Made by a program: the position numbers and the translations under genes
In this document: positions 54,142-64,000 of the stretch, piece by piece
Layout of the letters: each line of letters opens with the position of its first letter
How positions within the stretch are numbered: position 1 is the stretch's first letter
DNA from: an uncultured Clostridium sp.
GTDB taxonomy: Bacteria > Bacillota > Clostridia > TANB77 > CAG-508
DNA length: 64,000 nucleotides
Assembly: GCA_946565805.1 (NCBI GenBank)
Contig: CAMNWO010000012.1
Location: 6,209 to 70,208 of the forward strand
Direction: 5' to 3'
Notes under the pieces: generated by a model
What the model was told of the DNA's origin: nothing
Seen by the model: the letters and a program-made list of their open reading frames with translations, nothing else
Database searches by the model: none

Positions 54142-54174
54142 TCATGATTTTTTCCTCCGTCCCCAAAATCATGA
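54142..54174. repeat. REP-like family C2 copy
   Basis: TCATGATTTTTTCCTCCGTCCCCAAAATCATGA. Confidence 0.85.
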
Positions 54175-54181
54175 TTAACTA

Positions 54182-54673
54182 TTACATGGTTCTATAATTA
54201 TTTTTATCTGCTCTTTCATCCATTTGCCTATCAAATTGTTCATTTTTGTAAAACCAATCTGTTTTCTTGTCTTTCGGATTTGCTTTTCTGTTTTTATCCA
54301 TCAATAAGTCAAATAATACAGCAATTGGTATTACAATTCCAATTAGCGAAAGAAAAGTATTAAAATACATTCCCATACTGTCAACTGTAATTTCAGATGT
54401 AGCATCTAATAGTGTTGTTATTCCTGTCATTAAGTTTGTCCCAAAATACATGCCATAAGCTAGTAAATATAGTAATGCTCCTATCATCTTTCTTTTTACA
54501 ATTAACACCATACATAATAATACTACAAATAATAGAATGATTTCCATCGTTTGATTGAATGGTTGGATGCCTCCAAAATCCATTCCTAATTCATAGGTGA
54601 ATGCTACTACAATTCTAAGTAGCCAAAACATGCCCATAAACATAACTAATAAAATTGATGAAAAATTTTTCAT
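54182..54673 (-). CDS. Hypothetical 4-TM membrane protein
   Basis: Start at MKNFSS after AAAGGAGG; hydrophobic helices. Confidence 0.7.
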   Translation of the reverse strand: MKNFSSILLVMFMGMFWLLRIVVAFTYELGMDFGGIQPFNQTMEIILLFVVLLCMVLIVKRKMIGALLYLLAYGMYFGTNLMTGITTLLDATSEITVDSMGMYFNTFLSLIGIVIPIAVLFDLLMDKNRKANPKDKKTDWFYKNEQFDRQMDERADKNNYRTM

Positions 54674-54776
54674 TTGTTTTCCTCCTTTGAACTCGTTGTT
54701 CCCATTTAGACCTGGAACCAATCTCACTTTTTATACCAAAAAAGAGAGAGTTTAAGAAACATCCCTCTAATCTTTG

Positions 54777-55085
54777 TTAGTCTACAAAGTCAAAATCATC
54801 TTTGAATTTTTCTTTAAACATTTCGAATACTTTGTTTAATATTTCTTCATCTTCAATGCTTACATATGATTCTTCTTCTGAGTTTTCGTCATCTGTATCT
54901 TCTACTTTTAAGATTACTACTTCTCCTTCTTCTTCTTCTCCTTCTTCTGTAATAGGTAATAATACTACATATTCTTCGTCATCTAATTCTACTAAATCTA
55001 AGAATTCAAATTTTACTTCATTTCCTTCTTCATCATTTAATACTACTATGTTATCTAATTCTTCTCCTTCAAAGTTTTCTTCCAT
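54777..55085 (-). CDS. DUF1292 domain protein
   Basis: IVVLNDEEGNEVKFEFLD ... EYVVLLP; synteny after ruvX. Confidence 0.9.
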   Translation of the reverse strand: MEENFEGEELDNIVVLNDEEGNEVKFEFLDLVELDDEEYVVLLPITEEGEEEEGEVVILKVEDTDDENSEEESYVSIEDEEILNKVFEMFKEKFKDDFDFVD

Positions 55086-55140
55086 TTCTTTTCTCCTTTC
55101 AATTTTTATTCATTATATTTTTTATATTTAATATAATAAC

Positions 55141-55569
55141 CTATTTTGTTTCATTTTGCAATGAATTTAAGTAGATTTCTAAAATATATACTGCTGATAT
55201 AGTATCTACTATATTTCTTTTTTTATTCTTGTTAACATCTAAAAAGTTCATGGTTCTATGAGCTTCTACTGTTGTTAATCTTTCATCTACTGTTTCTATT
55301 TTTATTTTATTGTATTTGCATTTTAATTTATGGATAAAGTCCTGTGTTATTTTTGCTCTTTCTGATAAAGTTCCATTCATATGAAATGGCATTCCTACTA
55401 CAATGGTTTCCACTTCATAATTTGCTAAAATTTCATCTAGTCTTCTTAGCACAACTTTATCAGAACCATTTCTTTGTATGGTTTCCAAACCTTGTGCTGT
55501 AATATTTAAAGCATCTGTTATGGCAACGCCAACTCTTGCTTCTCCATAATCAATTCCTAATATTCTCAT
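55141..55569 (-). CDS. ruvX: RuvX/YqgF family nuclease
   Basis: RILGIDYGEARVGVA, VVGMP, DERLTT, VD.ISA..IL. Confidence 0.93.
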   Translation of the reverse strand: MRILGIDYGEARVGVAITDALNITAQGLETIQRNGSDKVVLRRLDEILANYEVETIVVGMPFHMNGTLSERAKITQDFIHKLKCKYNKIKIETVDERLTTVEAHRTMNFLDVNKNKKRNIVDTISAVYILEIYLNSLQNETK

Positions 55570-55570
55570 T

Positions 55571-55828
55571 TTATTTTTCTTCTAATCCTATATAATCTTT
55601 TACCATTTTTTCTAATAGCTCATCTCTTTCAATGGCTCTTATTTTGTTTCTAGCATCATTATGGCTCGTAATATAAGTTGGGTCTCCTGATAAAATATAT
55701 CCTACAATTTGATTAATTGGATTATATCCTTTTTGCACTAATGCTTCGTATACCTCTTTTAAAATTTCTCTACATCTTAAGTTTTCTTCTCTTTCTACTT
55801 CAAAATGCATTGTTTTGTCAAATTCCAT
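55571..55828 (-). CDS. ireB: IreB/ReoM family regulatory phosphoprotein (UPF0297)
   Basis: [27 protein letters not shown]...AR..I...ERDEL. Confidence 0.92.
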   Translation of the reverse strand: MEFDKTMHFEVEREENLRCREILKEVYEALVQKGYNPINQIVGYILSGDPTYITSHNDARNKIRAIERDELLEKMVKDYIGLEEK

Positions 55829-55844
55829 ATTCGTTTCCTCCTTT

Positions 55845-56984
55845 TTAAATATTGGTTATGTCACTTTCTTTGCTGTCAGCATGGTCTAAGTATTCTTCTA
55901 ATTTTTTCAATACTTCTTCTAATGCTGTTCCTTTATAGTAAGAAGATATTACAAAGTTTAGTCTTGGTATGGCTACCTCTTTACATTCAGCTCCTTTAGA
56001 TAAGCCACCTAGCAATTTGGCTTCTAAGTTCATTTGTTGTCTTTCTTCTGGTGTTAGTTCAATCGGAGTTGTTTCTATCTTTTCTTTGACTTCATTTAAA
56101 AAATCTGCTACTCCATTTGCTTCTACTCCTGAAAAGGCTATCACAAATTTAGGTCCCATATACCTTACAAATACATATTCTTTTGCTAAGTTTTGTCCAA
56201 TGTATTGGCTAATTTGTGTTATAACTTTATTTCCTAATTCTCTACAGTACTTTTTATTAATTTCTTGAATGTTGGTTATTTTAAACATACAGATAGTTGA
56301 TATAGTATATTGGTCAACAATTTTTTTGCCTTCTCCATATAAATACTCTTCTGAATATAGTCCTGTAAATAAGTCTTTTCTTACAATGGATTCTAATGTT
56401 TTTTGATGAACTACCGTTTTTAATACAGAAACAATATTTTCTTTAATTACTTCTAATACCGTAGTATCTACATTGTCAAAATCATGTGGTGTTCCACTTT
56501 CTATAATCCAATATCCTATGTACACATTATCAATGTATAATGGGAAAAAGATTGCTGATTTTGCTCTTCCAAATTCCATTTCTTGATATGGAAGTCTTTC
56601 GTTTTCATTATTTACGGTTACATATTTTGGTGTTGCTGATTGAATACTATCTTTGAACATCTCTACGTTTTGTAGTGCTTTTAATGCATTCCAATGCTTT
56701 GGATCTACATTAGAAGCTTTTACTTGATATTCTGCTCCGTCAAATACTACAATAGTTGAGTATTTAATTTCATATCTTTCAATTAGAATATCATTAATTT
56801 TCTTTATTTTCTGCTCAACAGTGGAGGTTTCTCCTATGGCATTCATAAAATCTTGAACCACATATAAATTGGTGATTTTTTGGTTCATGTTTTTAAATTT
56901 CTGTATTTTTTTGTGTATGGTTACATTATATACAATTAGTCCTAATACAATTAAAACTAAAATTACTACGACTGCTATTATCAA
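55845..56984 (-). CDS. Membrane-anchored GAF plus degenerate GGDEF-like domain protein
   Basis: N-terminal TM; GAF-like SAIFFPL...YIGY; DLFTGLYS; RYMGPKF in place of RYGGDEF. Confidence 0.7.
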   Translation of the reverse strand: MIIAVVVILVLIVLGLIVYNVTIHKKIQKFKNMNQKITNLYVVQDFMNAIGETSTVEQKIKKINDILIERYEIKYSTIVVFDGAEYQVKASNVDPKHWNALKALQNVEMFKDSIQSATPKYVTVNNENERLPYQEMEFGRAKSAIFFPLYIDNVYIGYWIIESGTPHDFDNVDTTVLEVIKENIVSVLKTVVHQKTLESIVRKDLFTGLYSEEYLYGEGKKIVDQYTISTICMFKITNIQEINKKYCRELGNKVITQISQYIGQNLAKEYVFVRYMGPKFVIAFSGVEANGVADFLNEVKEKIETTPIELTPEERQQMNLEAKLLGGLSKGAECKEVAIPRLNFVISSYYKGTALEEVLKKLEEYLDHADSKESDITNI

Positions 56985-57149
56985 AGCTCGTTTCCCTCCT
57001 TCTGTTATTTATCTTGATTTACTTGAAATTTGGAAAAGAATAGTTATATTGCTAGGCAAATTTAATTCAAAATACCAGAAATGTATGTTTATACATTGAG
57101 GATTTTTGAATTAAATTTAACGAAGCAAGATGACTGTTATTTTTCAAAT

Positions 57150-59624
57150 TTAAAAGTCACGCATTCTATCCAAAGTACTATTCATACTAGAAGAAAAATT
57201 TCCTCCTCCATTTTTCTTAGCTGATGGTGGTTGATAATTCCCACTATTTCTAACTCCTCCTGCACTTACAATTGGATATATCATATTTCCTAATTCTCTT
57301 AACGTTTGTAAAAATACTTTAGAATATCCTTTTAAAGAAATTTCACATTCAATAATTCCTTCTAAATATTTAATATAAGTTTCTTCTTCAAATGGAATTG
57401 AAACATATTTAATTCTATCTCTGTCAAACAATTCTGTCATAAAAGACATAGCTGGGTCATTATAAAATGCCATTCCACCAATAATAGTTGCATCTTTTAT
57501 ACCTCTAATTTTTACTGCTTTATTTAATACGATTCTTAATTTTTTTTCATCTAAAATATTTTTTACTTTTAGTTCTTTCAAAAAGGCTGTTAGTGGTTGT
57601 ATCGTTAATATATCCATACTTTGTACTAAGTAAGTTTCTTGTGATTGTTTGAAATATCTTAGTGGTGTGTCAAAGTCAGTATCAATTAAGATAAGTGAAT
57701 GATTTTGTAATAACGTTTCTAATATCTTATCTGCCTGTCCTATTTTATCTTCCTCATTTGGTAAAGAAGTATAAACAGTAAGATTTTTATTAACACTAAT
57801 ACCTCTTGCTATTCCTTGGGTTAATCCTTCAATACTACGAGAAGCAATTTCTCTTAGTGGTTCTTCGTTTTTGGTATAAATATAATAAGAATTTCTATTT
57901 TTAGTGGTATCTAAAATAGCTACATTAATACCAATAGAGGATAATAATTCAGCTAAATTATTTACAATAAAAGAAGTTCCATTTTTACTAGTTCCTACGA
58001 AAGTAGCAATCTTTTTACCTGGCGTTAGTAGGTTTGTTAAATCTATTTCTTCATAAATTTCTTCTCTTTGATTTTGATTGTTTGGTTGATAACTATTATC
58101 ATGATAGCTATTTATTGGTTGGATTGGCTCAATCGTTTCCTTTTCATAAATTGATTGAACTGGTTGTACTGGTTGTGGTTCTTGTGTTTCTAATCCTGGT
58201 AATACCATTTCTTCTGTTTCTTCTTCTAAACCAGGTAAAAATGGTTCTGGATTTGGTTGTTCTACTGGCACTGGTTCAATTTCTTCAAATCCTGGCAAGA
58301 AATTTTCTTGTGCTTGACTTGGCTGACTTGATTGGATTGGTTCTGGCTCTTGTATGTCTAGTCCAGGTAATACCATATCTTCTATTTCCGGTTCTACTGG
58401 AACAGGATTTTTTCTTGGTCTTCCTCTTCCTCTTTTTGGTTGTTGTGATTGATTTTCTTGCCCTGCTGTTGCTACAGGATTTTTTCTTGGTCTTCCTCTT
58501 CCTCTTTTCACTGGTTGTACTATTTCTTGTTGTGTTTTTGGTACAACTGTTTCTATTTCTTCTAACCCTTCAATTATTGGTTGTTCTGGTACCATATTCC
58601 TTACTACTGGCTCTTCTTCCTTCATTGGTTCTGGATTGAAATCTTCCCAGTCATCTAAACCTTCTATGTTTGGCACAACTGGTGTTTGCTCTACCTTTCT
58701 TACTGGTTGCTCCATTTTTGGTGTTTCAATCGATTGAACTGTTGGTTGTGGTTGTATTTCTGGCCCCTTATTTTTTGCTAATTTTCTACTTCCACTCATG
58801 TTAACAGCTGATGGTATAACCACTGGCTTAGACAGAACAGTATCTCTGTTTTTTGATTTTAATAGGATTTGACTTGGTCCATTTTCATCATCATTTTTGT
58901 TTTTTCTTAAACTGTCAGAAACAGCATTATTAAATGACATGATTTGTTGATATTTTTGTGATCTTTCTTCTAATACTGCTCGTACATTTAATGGTAAGAA
59001 TTTGGTTATAATTCTTAATTGTGTATCATTATATTGTGCTGCTATATTATTGAAGCTGTCAATGTATCTATCTTCGTTTTTTCCTAGTCTTTTGTAATGT
59101 GCTACAATATTTTGAATTTCCATTTCACTGACATCATTTTCATTTTCTGCTTGATATCCAACATCTTCTGTATCTATTTTATAATAAATTTTTGCTTCTT
59201 TTTTAGTACGTGGTCGATTAATTAGTTGGCACACTTCATCTACACTTCTATCATTTCCAATAATCGCATTATAGATTCCGATTCCAAATAGTTTTACTAA
59301 CATTGGTTCTGATTTTGTTCTTCTATCAGAAGAAATCATAATGATAGGTGTATCATTTCCTTTCGCATTGGAAGCTTCATCACTAATACTATCTAATTTG
59401 TCAAAAATAAATTTATCAATTTGGTCATATTGTGTATGTGTAAAAGCTTCTAAATCTTCACTTATGACGATTCTGTCATAAGTTTTATCTTTTTGTAATT
59501 CCTTTAATATTGCGTTAAAGTAATATACATTTTTATAAGAAATAATCTGTTTGTATTCTTTTTGATATTTTTTTACAATTGACTCTGATATCTCTTCATT
59601 ACTTACAGCAAATAAAACTTTCAT
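57150..59624 (-). CDS. Multidomain ParA/MinD/CpaE-like P-loop protein with Pro/Glu/Gln-rich linker and two AT-hook motifs
   Basis: C-terminal FVGTSKNGTSF..NLA..L...G..VAILD, ILIDTD, IVLNK; linker KRGRGRPRK twice. Confidence 0.7.
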   Translation of the reverse strand: MKVLFAVSNEEISESIVKKYQKEYKQIISYKNVYYFNAILKELQKDKTYDRIVISEDLEAFTHTQYDQIDKFIFDKLDSISDEASNAKGNDTPIIMISSDRRTKSEPMLVKLFGIGIYNAIIGNDRSVDEVCQLINRPRTKKEAKIYYKIDTEDVGYQAENENDVSEMEIQNIVAHYKRLGKNEDRYIDSFNNIAAQYNDTQLRIITKFLPLNVRAVLEERSQKYQQIMSFNNAVSDSLRKNKNDDENGPSQILLKSKNRDTVLSKPVVIPSAVNMSGSRKLAKNKGPEIQPQPTVQSIETPKMEQPVRKVEQTPVVPNIEGLDDWEDFNPEPMKEEEPVVRNMVPEQPIIEGLEEIETVVPKTQQEIVQPVKRGRGRPRKNPVATAGQENQSQQPKRGRGRPRKNPVPVEPEIEDMVLPGLDIQEPEPIQSSQPSQAQENFLPGFEEIEPVPVEQPNPEPFLPGLEEETEEMVLPGLETQEPQPVQPVQSIYEKETIEPIQPINSYHDNSYQPNNQNQREEIYEEIDLTNLLTPGKKIATFVGTSKNGTSFIVNNLAELLSSIGINVAILDTTKNRNSYYIYTKNEEPLREIASRSIEGLTQGIARGISVNKNLTVYTSLPNEEDKIGQADKILETLLQNHSLILIDTDFDTPLRYFKQSQETYLVQSMDILTIQPLTAFLKELKVKNILDEKKLRIVLNKAVKIRGIKDATIIGGMAFYNDPAMSFMTELFDRDRIKYVSIPFEEETYIKYLEGIIECEISLKGYSKVFLQTLRELGNMIYPIVSAGGVRNSGNYQPPSAKKNGGGNFSSSMNSTLDRMRDF

Positions 59625-59627
59625 TTG

Positions 59628-60035
59628 TTACCCCCTTCCAAATTTTACAAACACTGCAAATGCTAGTGGTAAGATTTGGCATATAATTAATATTGTTACA
59701 AAGCTTACTATTAAAGCCATTCCTCTTTCTAGTGTGTCTAATTTTCTTACACCTATTACATATTGATGTATGGCTCCCATTGCTATTCCTAAGAAACATA
59801 ATGGTATACTGTATATTCTAACTAGATTTAAAATGTATGCTACAAATCCGTAAGCGTCTGAACCATATTTTTCTTTATAGTCTTCTAATGAATTTGCTGC
59901 ATTTTCTTTTATTTCTACTATTTTGCTTTCTGTTTTTTCATCAATTGCTTTTTCCGCTGCATATGATGTACTAACATTTAAGAATATTCCCATTATTAGT
60001 GCTAAAATTGTAACAATTAATACTATCTTTTTCAT
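59628..60035 (-). CDS. Small membrane protein, possibly TrbC/VirB2 pilin-like
   Basis: Signal-peptide-like N-terminus plus two C-terminal hydrophobic helices; family assignment is inference. Confidence 0.5.
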   Translation of the reverse strand: MKKIVLIVTILALIMGIFLNVSTSYAAEKAIDEKTESKIVEIKENAANSLEDYKEKYGSDAYGFVAYILNLVRIYSIPLCFLGIAMGAIHQYVIGVRKLDTLERGMALIVSFVTILIICQILPLAFAVFVKFGRG

Positions 60036-60135
60036 TTTCTTGCCCCTTTCTTCCAAGTTCTTTTTGGCAAATTAGGCCTTATAAACTTTATACTTCTATA
60101 TAATACAATAAATTGTAAAAAATAGCAAGAATTTT

Positions 60136-61368
60136 TTACAATTTATTATATAAATATTCCATATGATTGTAGACAGCATTTGCCCAATTTTTATCACTAG
60201 CATATCTTGTATTAATGCCACTTAATGTTGGTCCATTGTAGTATGTTCCAACCGCTTTTTCACCTCCATAAATACTTGTCCCTTTTGGATTAATATAATA
60301 TTTGACAAATACTCTAGCAATTAGGTCAATACTTTCTGAAAAAGCTGAAAAACTATAAGCTCCATGATAAGGATTCGAATCGTAAGCACCATAGCCAAAT
60401 AAGTTGTTTTTATCTTTTGCAATTTTAGAAGTTCCCCATGCACTTTCATGAATTCCAACTGCTGCCACAAATACGCCATTAATATTATATTGTTTTTCTA
60501 TATAATAGAAATATTCTGCATTATTCGTAAATATTTTATTTGTATCCTTCTTATCCGTTAAAATCTTCTTAAATTGTTCTAATGTTAGTCCACTTGGCTT
60601 GTTTAAAGCCATCCCAAAACTTAGTCCAGAAGTTAGCTGCGTTTTATTTTTTGCAGTTGTTACATTTGTTTCTTCTTTTTTATTCTTATCAATATAAGTT
60701 GTGCTTTCCGCTTTTACATAACCAATCGTACTTCCACTAGAAATTTTGTACCATTCATTTTGTATCTCCAATAATTTTAATTGATTTCCTTTGGTTAAAG
60801 TCGCTATTTTTTGTGATTGTTCATTTGGTTCAACCATAACAGCTAGTCGGTCTGATGTAGCATATAGGATATCCCCTACTTTCACCTTATAATTACTTAC
60901 ATAATTAGCTGTCCCTATTTCTACAATTTTAGAAATCGATGCTTTTGTGACTTTACTAGCCACTTGTTGTTCTTCTATTAGTTCCTCGTTTTGATAGGTT
61001 CTCTTAGTTATAATTTCTTGTTTTCCTTCTCTTCCTTCTTGTACAACTTGCATTTGTCCTTTGGGTAAACTACTATTATTTCTATATTTGGTTATATATT
61101 CTAATGTTGTTTCTTCTACACTGTATTCTTCTTTTTTTCCTTCTTGCACATTTTGTGCTATCATTTCCTCTATATTTACGCTATTGGCTTCACTTATTTT
61201 AATTTCTTTTATATCGTTTGATACTACTTCTGAAGCATATACATGATTTCTTCCAAAATAATAGTTATAAAATATGACTATATATAATAAACTAAGAATA
61301 AAAGCTAAAAAAGTTATGATATTTTTTAGCGTAATTTTCATATGCATTTTTTTATCTTTTGCATTCAT
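60136..61368 (-). CDS. Cell-wall hydrolase: TM, G5, SH3b and GH73 glucosaminidase domains
   Basis: VVQEGREG (G5), WYKI..G...GYV (SH3b), HESAWGTS, NNLFGYGAYD, YASD.NWA. Confidence 0.88.
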   Translation of the reverse strand: MNAKDKKMHMKITLKNIITFLAFILSLLYIVIFYNYYFGRNHVYASEVVSNDIKEIKISEANSVNIEEMIAQNVQEGKKEEYSVEETTLEYITKYRNNSSLPKGQMQVVQEGREGKQEIITKRTYQNEELIEEQQVASKVTKASISKIVEIGTANYVSNYKVKVGDILYATSDRLAVMVEPNEQSQKIATLTKGNQLKLLEIQNEWYKISSGSTIGYVKAESTTYIDKNKKEETNVTTAKNKTQLTSGLSFGMALNKPSGLTLEQFKKILTDKKDTNKIFTNNAEYFYYIEKQYNINGVFVAAVGIHESAWGTSKIAKDKNNLFGYGAYDSNPYHGAYSFSAFSESIDLIARVFVKYYINPKGTSIYGGEKAVGTYYNGPTLSGINTRYASDKNWANAVYNHMEYLYNKL

Positions 61369-61577
61369 ATTATCACCTAATACCATTTTACCTTTTCTCT
61401 ATTTTTTTGTCAATTGCTATTTTGATGGAAAATGTTGTAGATTGCAACACACAAAGTGTAAAAAATTAGATAGGATAACCATTGTTTGCAAAAGTCCAAA
61501 CTTGAATAAGGAAAAAGCTTGATTTTATCAACTTTTTATACTATGATATAGATATTGAATGAGAAAGGAATTTTTTT

Positions 61578-62375
61578 ATGAAACAAAAAAAGATTTTAAC
61601 GATTATTGTTTTTATATTATTCTTTGTTGTATTTGTTCTTGCTTATTTATTATTTCAAAAATATGTTATTAAGAGCAATTTCGAACGAGATATTTTACCT
61701 TTTGCCAATAAAAATGACAAAACCGTTTTTCAAGTAAATAAAATTACTTTATTTAGCAACTGTGATGCCAAAAATAAGACTGGCTCTATTAGTAATTTCA
61801 CTTTAGAAAACCTTTATCAATATACCGATATGGCCATTTTTATTAACAACTCTTCTACCGAAGAAAAAACATTGGAAAACACCTTTAAAAAAGTAAGTAT
61901 CAGTAATATACAATATACTACTCCCCCAGAATTAGGACAACCAAAATTATATTTTAAAGGATTTCATCAATTTGCTAAAAGTGATTTCATACCAGAAAAT
62001 GAAATTCATGATAGCTTAGACTTTGCTATCACTTCAGAAAACGAGGCCAATCTAGACACTCCTACTTTATATAATAATTTAGCCAATCCTATTACGCTAA
62101 GTTATATCAATCAAAATATTAAATCTGACTACACAATAACAGATACTTCTCTACCAATTACTTATGATGGTTCTTTATTAAAAAGATGTAATGTCAATTT
62201 AGCTTCCCTTGCCTGTACTCTTTCTTTTGACATTTACATTACGAATAATTTAGACGAAGAATTTAAGACTAATGTTTTTATTAATATACCGCTTGAAACA
62301 CCTGAAAAATCCATTTATGATGGAAATTTAAATGTAACACAAAATACAAATTTTATATTTTATCGTTATCAATAA
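61578..62375 (+). CDS. Hypothetical membrane-anchored protein
   Basis: N-terminal TM; AAAGGA RBS. Confidence 0.7.
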   Translation: MKQKKILTIIVFILFFVVFVLAYLLFQKYVIKSNFERDILPFANKNDKTVFQVNKITLFSNCDAKNKTGSISNFTLENLYQYTDMAIFINNSSTEEKTLENTFKKVSISNIQYTTPPELGQPKLYFKGFHQFAKSDFIPENEIHDSLDFAITSENEANLDTPTLYNNLANPITLSYINQNIKSDYTITDTSLPITYDGSLLKRCNVNLASLACTLSFDIYITNNLDEEFKTNVFINIPLETPEKSIYDGNLNVTQNTNFIFYRYQ

Positions 62376-62389
62376 TAGGAGGATGAAAA

Positions 62390-64000
62390 ATGAAAGAAAA
62401 ACTACCTGTTGCAGAACAGTTGAAAAAAAAGTACCACAAAACAGAAGAAGTTACTAATTTTAAAGAAATGTTATATCGTTCTGCCGATATTTATCGTTCT
62501 AGAACTGCTTTTAAATTAAAAGATAAACAAGGAAACATCCTTGCCATTACCTATGAACAATTTAAAAATGATGTAGTTTCTTTAGGGACAAGTTTAATTG
62601 AAAAAGGATTTTTAAACAAACGTATCGCTGTTATTGGAAAAAATAGCTATCAATGGTGTGTTTCTTACTTAGCTAGTAGCATAGTAGGAATTGTTGTTCC
62701 CATTGACAAAGAACTTCATACCGATGATATAATTAATTTTATGAATGTTTCCCAAACCGTTTGTATTCTAGGGGATAGCAAAAATTTAGACACTGTTTTA
62801 GATAACATTGAAAAAGTAGAAAATCCAGATACTATTTTTGTCTCTTTTGACAAAAAAGAAGATAAAAATTCTTTTGAAAATTTAATATCTTCTGGTAAAA
62901 CACTATATGAAAATGGTGTAGATGATTTTGATAAAATCGAAATTGATCCAGATGAACTTCGCATTTTGCTTTTTACCTCTGGAACAACAGGAAGCGCTAA
63001 AGGTGTTTGTTTATCCCAAAGAAACATTTGCTCTAACATTTTATCCACTTATGGTATTGTAAAAGTAAAAAGAAGTGATTTGTTCTTCTCTATTTTACCA
63101 TTACACCATACCTATGAATGTACTTTAGGATTTTTGCTTCCTATTTATAGTGGTGCTAGTATTGCTCATTGTGAAGGATTACGCTATATCTTAAAAAATC
63201 TTAGTGAGTTCCATCCTTCTGTTATTTTATGTGTTCCATTGTTACTTGAGAATATGCATAAAAACATTTTAAAAAATATGAACAAATCTTTACCAGAAAA
63301 ATACAAAAAGCCAGATGGAAATCCTTTTAATAACTTACCTTTCTTTTTAAAGAAAATTGTAAGAAATAAAGTAAAAAACACACTTGGTGGAAGACTTCGT
63401 GTTTTCATTGTTGGAGCAGCTGCTGCTAACCCAGAAATTGTTTCTGATTTTAAAAGTTTAAACTTAATGACCCTGCAAGGTTATGGCTTGACAGAATGTG
63501 CTCCTCTAGTTGCTGGTAATACTGATTTCTTCCAAAAAGATGACTCTGCTGGTCTTCCTATTCCTAATGTAGAATATAAAATCGATAGTCCTAATGGTGA
63601 AGGAGTTGGAGAAATTCTTGTAAAAGGTCCTAATGTTATGCTTGGTTATTATGAAGATGAAGAAAAAACAAAGCAAACTATTGTCGATGGTTGGTTCCAT
63701 ACTGGTGACTTAGGAAAAATTGATGAAAATGGTTATTTATACATCACTGGTAGATGTAAAAGTGTTATTGTTACGAAAAATGGTAAAAATATTTACCCTG
63801 AAGAAGTAGAATATTATTTGAATGATAATCCTTTAATTTCAGAAGCTTTGGTTTTGGGAATTCAAAAGGATGATGATGATGAAACTTATATTAATGCTCA
63901 AATTTATCCTAATATGGAAGCAATCACAGAATATTTAAGAGGTTCTGTTCCTACCAAAGAAGAAATTTGGAAGATTGTTTCAGATGCTGTATCTGCTGTT
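62390..64000 (+). CDS. Long-chain acyl-CoA synthetase (AMP-binding), runs off window end
   Basis: ATG 62390 after GGAGG; FTSGTTGSAKG, LPLHHTYE, QGYGLTE, WFHTGDLG, KNIYPEEVE. Confidence 0.9.
   Translation, partial: MKEKLPVAEQLKKKYHKTEEVTNFKEMLYRSADIYRSRTAFKLKDKQGNILAITYEQFKNDVVSLGTSLIEKGFLNKRIAVIGKNSYQWCVSYLASSIVGIVVPIDKELHTDDIINFMNVSQTVCILGDSKNLDTVLDNIEKVENPDTIFVSFDKKEDKNSFENLISSGKTLYENGVDDFDKIEIDPDELRILLFTSGTTGSAKGVCLSQRNICSNILSTYGIVKVKRSDLFFSILPLHHTYECTLGFLLPIYSGASIAHCEGLRYILKNLSEFHPSVILCVPLLLENMHKNILKNMNKSLPEKYKKPDGNPFNNLPFFLKKIVRNKVKNTLGGRLRVFIVGAAAANPEIVSDFKSLNLMTLQGYGLTECAPLVAGNTDFFQKDDSAGLPIPNVEYKIDSPNGEGVGEILVKGPNVMLGYYEDEEKTKQTIVDGWFHTGDLGKIDENGYLYITGRCKSVIVTKNGKNIYPEEVEYYLNDNPLISEALVLGIQKDDDDETYINAQIYPNMEAITEYLRGSVPTKEEIWKIVSDAVSAV

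Noticed and set aside
58034-58639. 201-aa hydrophobic plus-strand ORF and similar antisense ORFs throughout
   Set aside because: Shadow frames of A-rich minus-strand genes, without RBS or motifs.

Overview
AT-rich chromosomal window from a spore-forming gut-type Clostridia genome (gpr, ytxC; the pilin-like gene suggests a TANB77-like lineage, which is inference). It is mostly housekeeping genes on the minus strand (relA, recJ, uvrA, fhs, xseAB-nusB-amaP-asp23, yicC-remA-rpoZ-gmk, priA-def-fmt, rsmE, metG, mrnC-ylqF, ireB-ruvX), plus two tRNAs, a yybP-ykoY riboswitch and several REP/MITE-like palindrome families. Main discovery: seven otherwise intact genes (relA, uvrA, priA, two ABC transporter subunits, a GH25-LysM lysozyme, a P-type ATPase) are broken by 11 frameshifts, and all 11 have the same form. 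An in-frame CGG codon is followed by N, and skipping the C gives a GGN glycine codon that restores the full-length protein, often at a conserved motif Gly. By manual reading, no recognisable housekeeping gene uses CGG in any other way, while six orphan/accessory ORFs carry 13 in-frame CGG codons in open frames. This points to a genome-wide CGG-triggered +1 recoding (CGGN read as Gly). Other notable items: a tandemly duplicated ~330-nt structured RNA-like unit behind a strong promoter, a Clp-AAA+/M41 peptidase chimera, and an AT-hook-containing ParA/CpaE-like ATPase.
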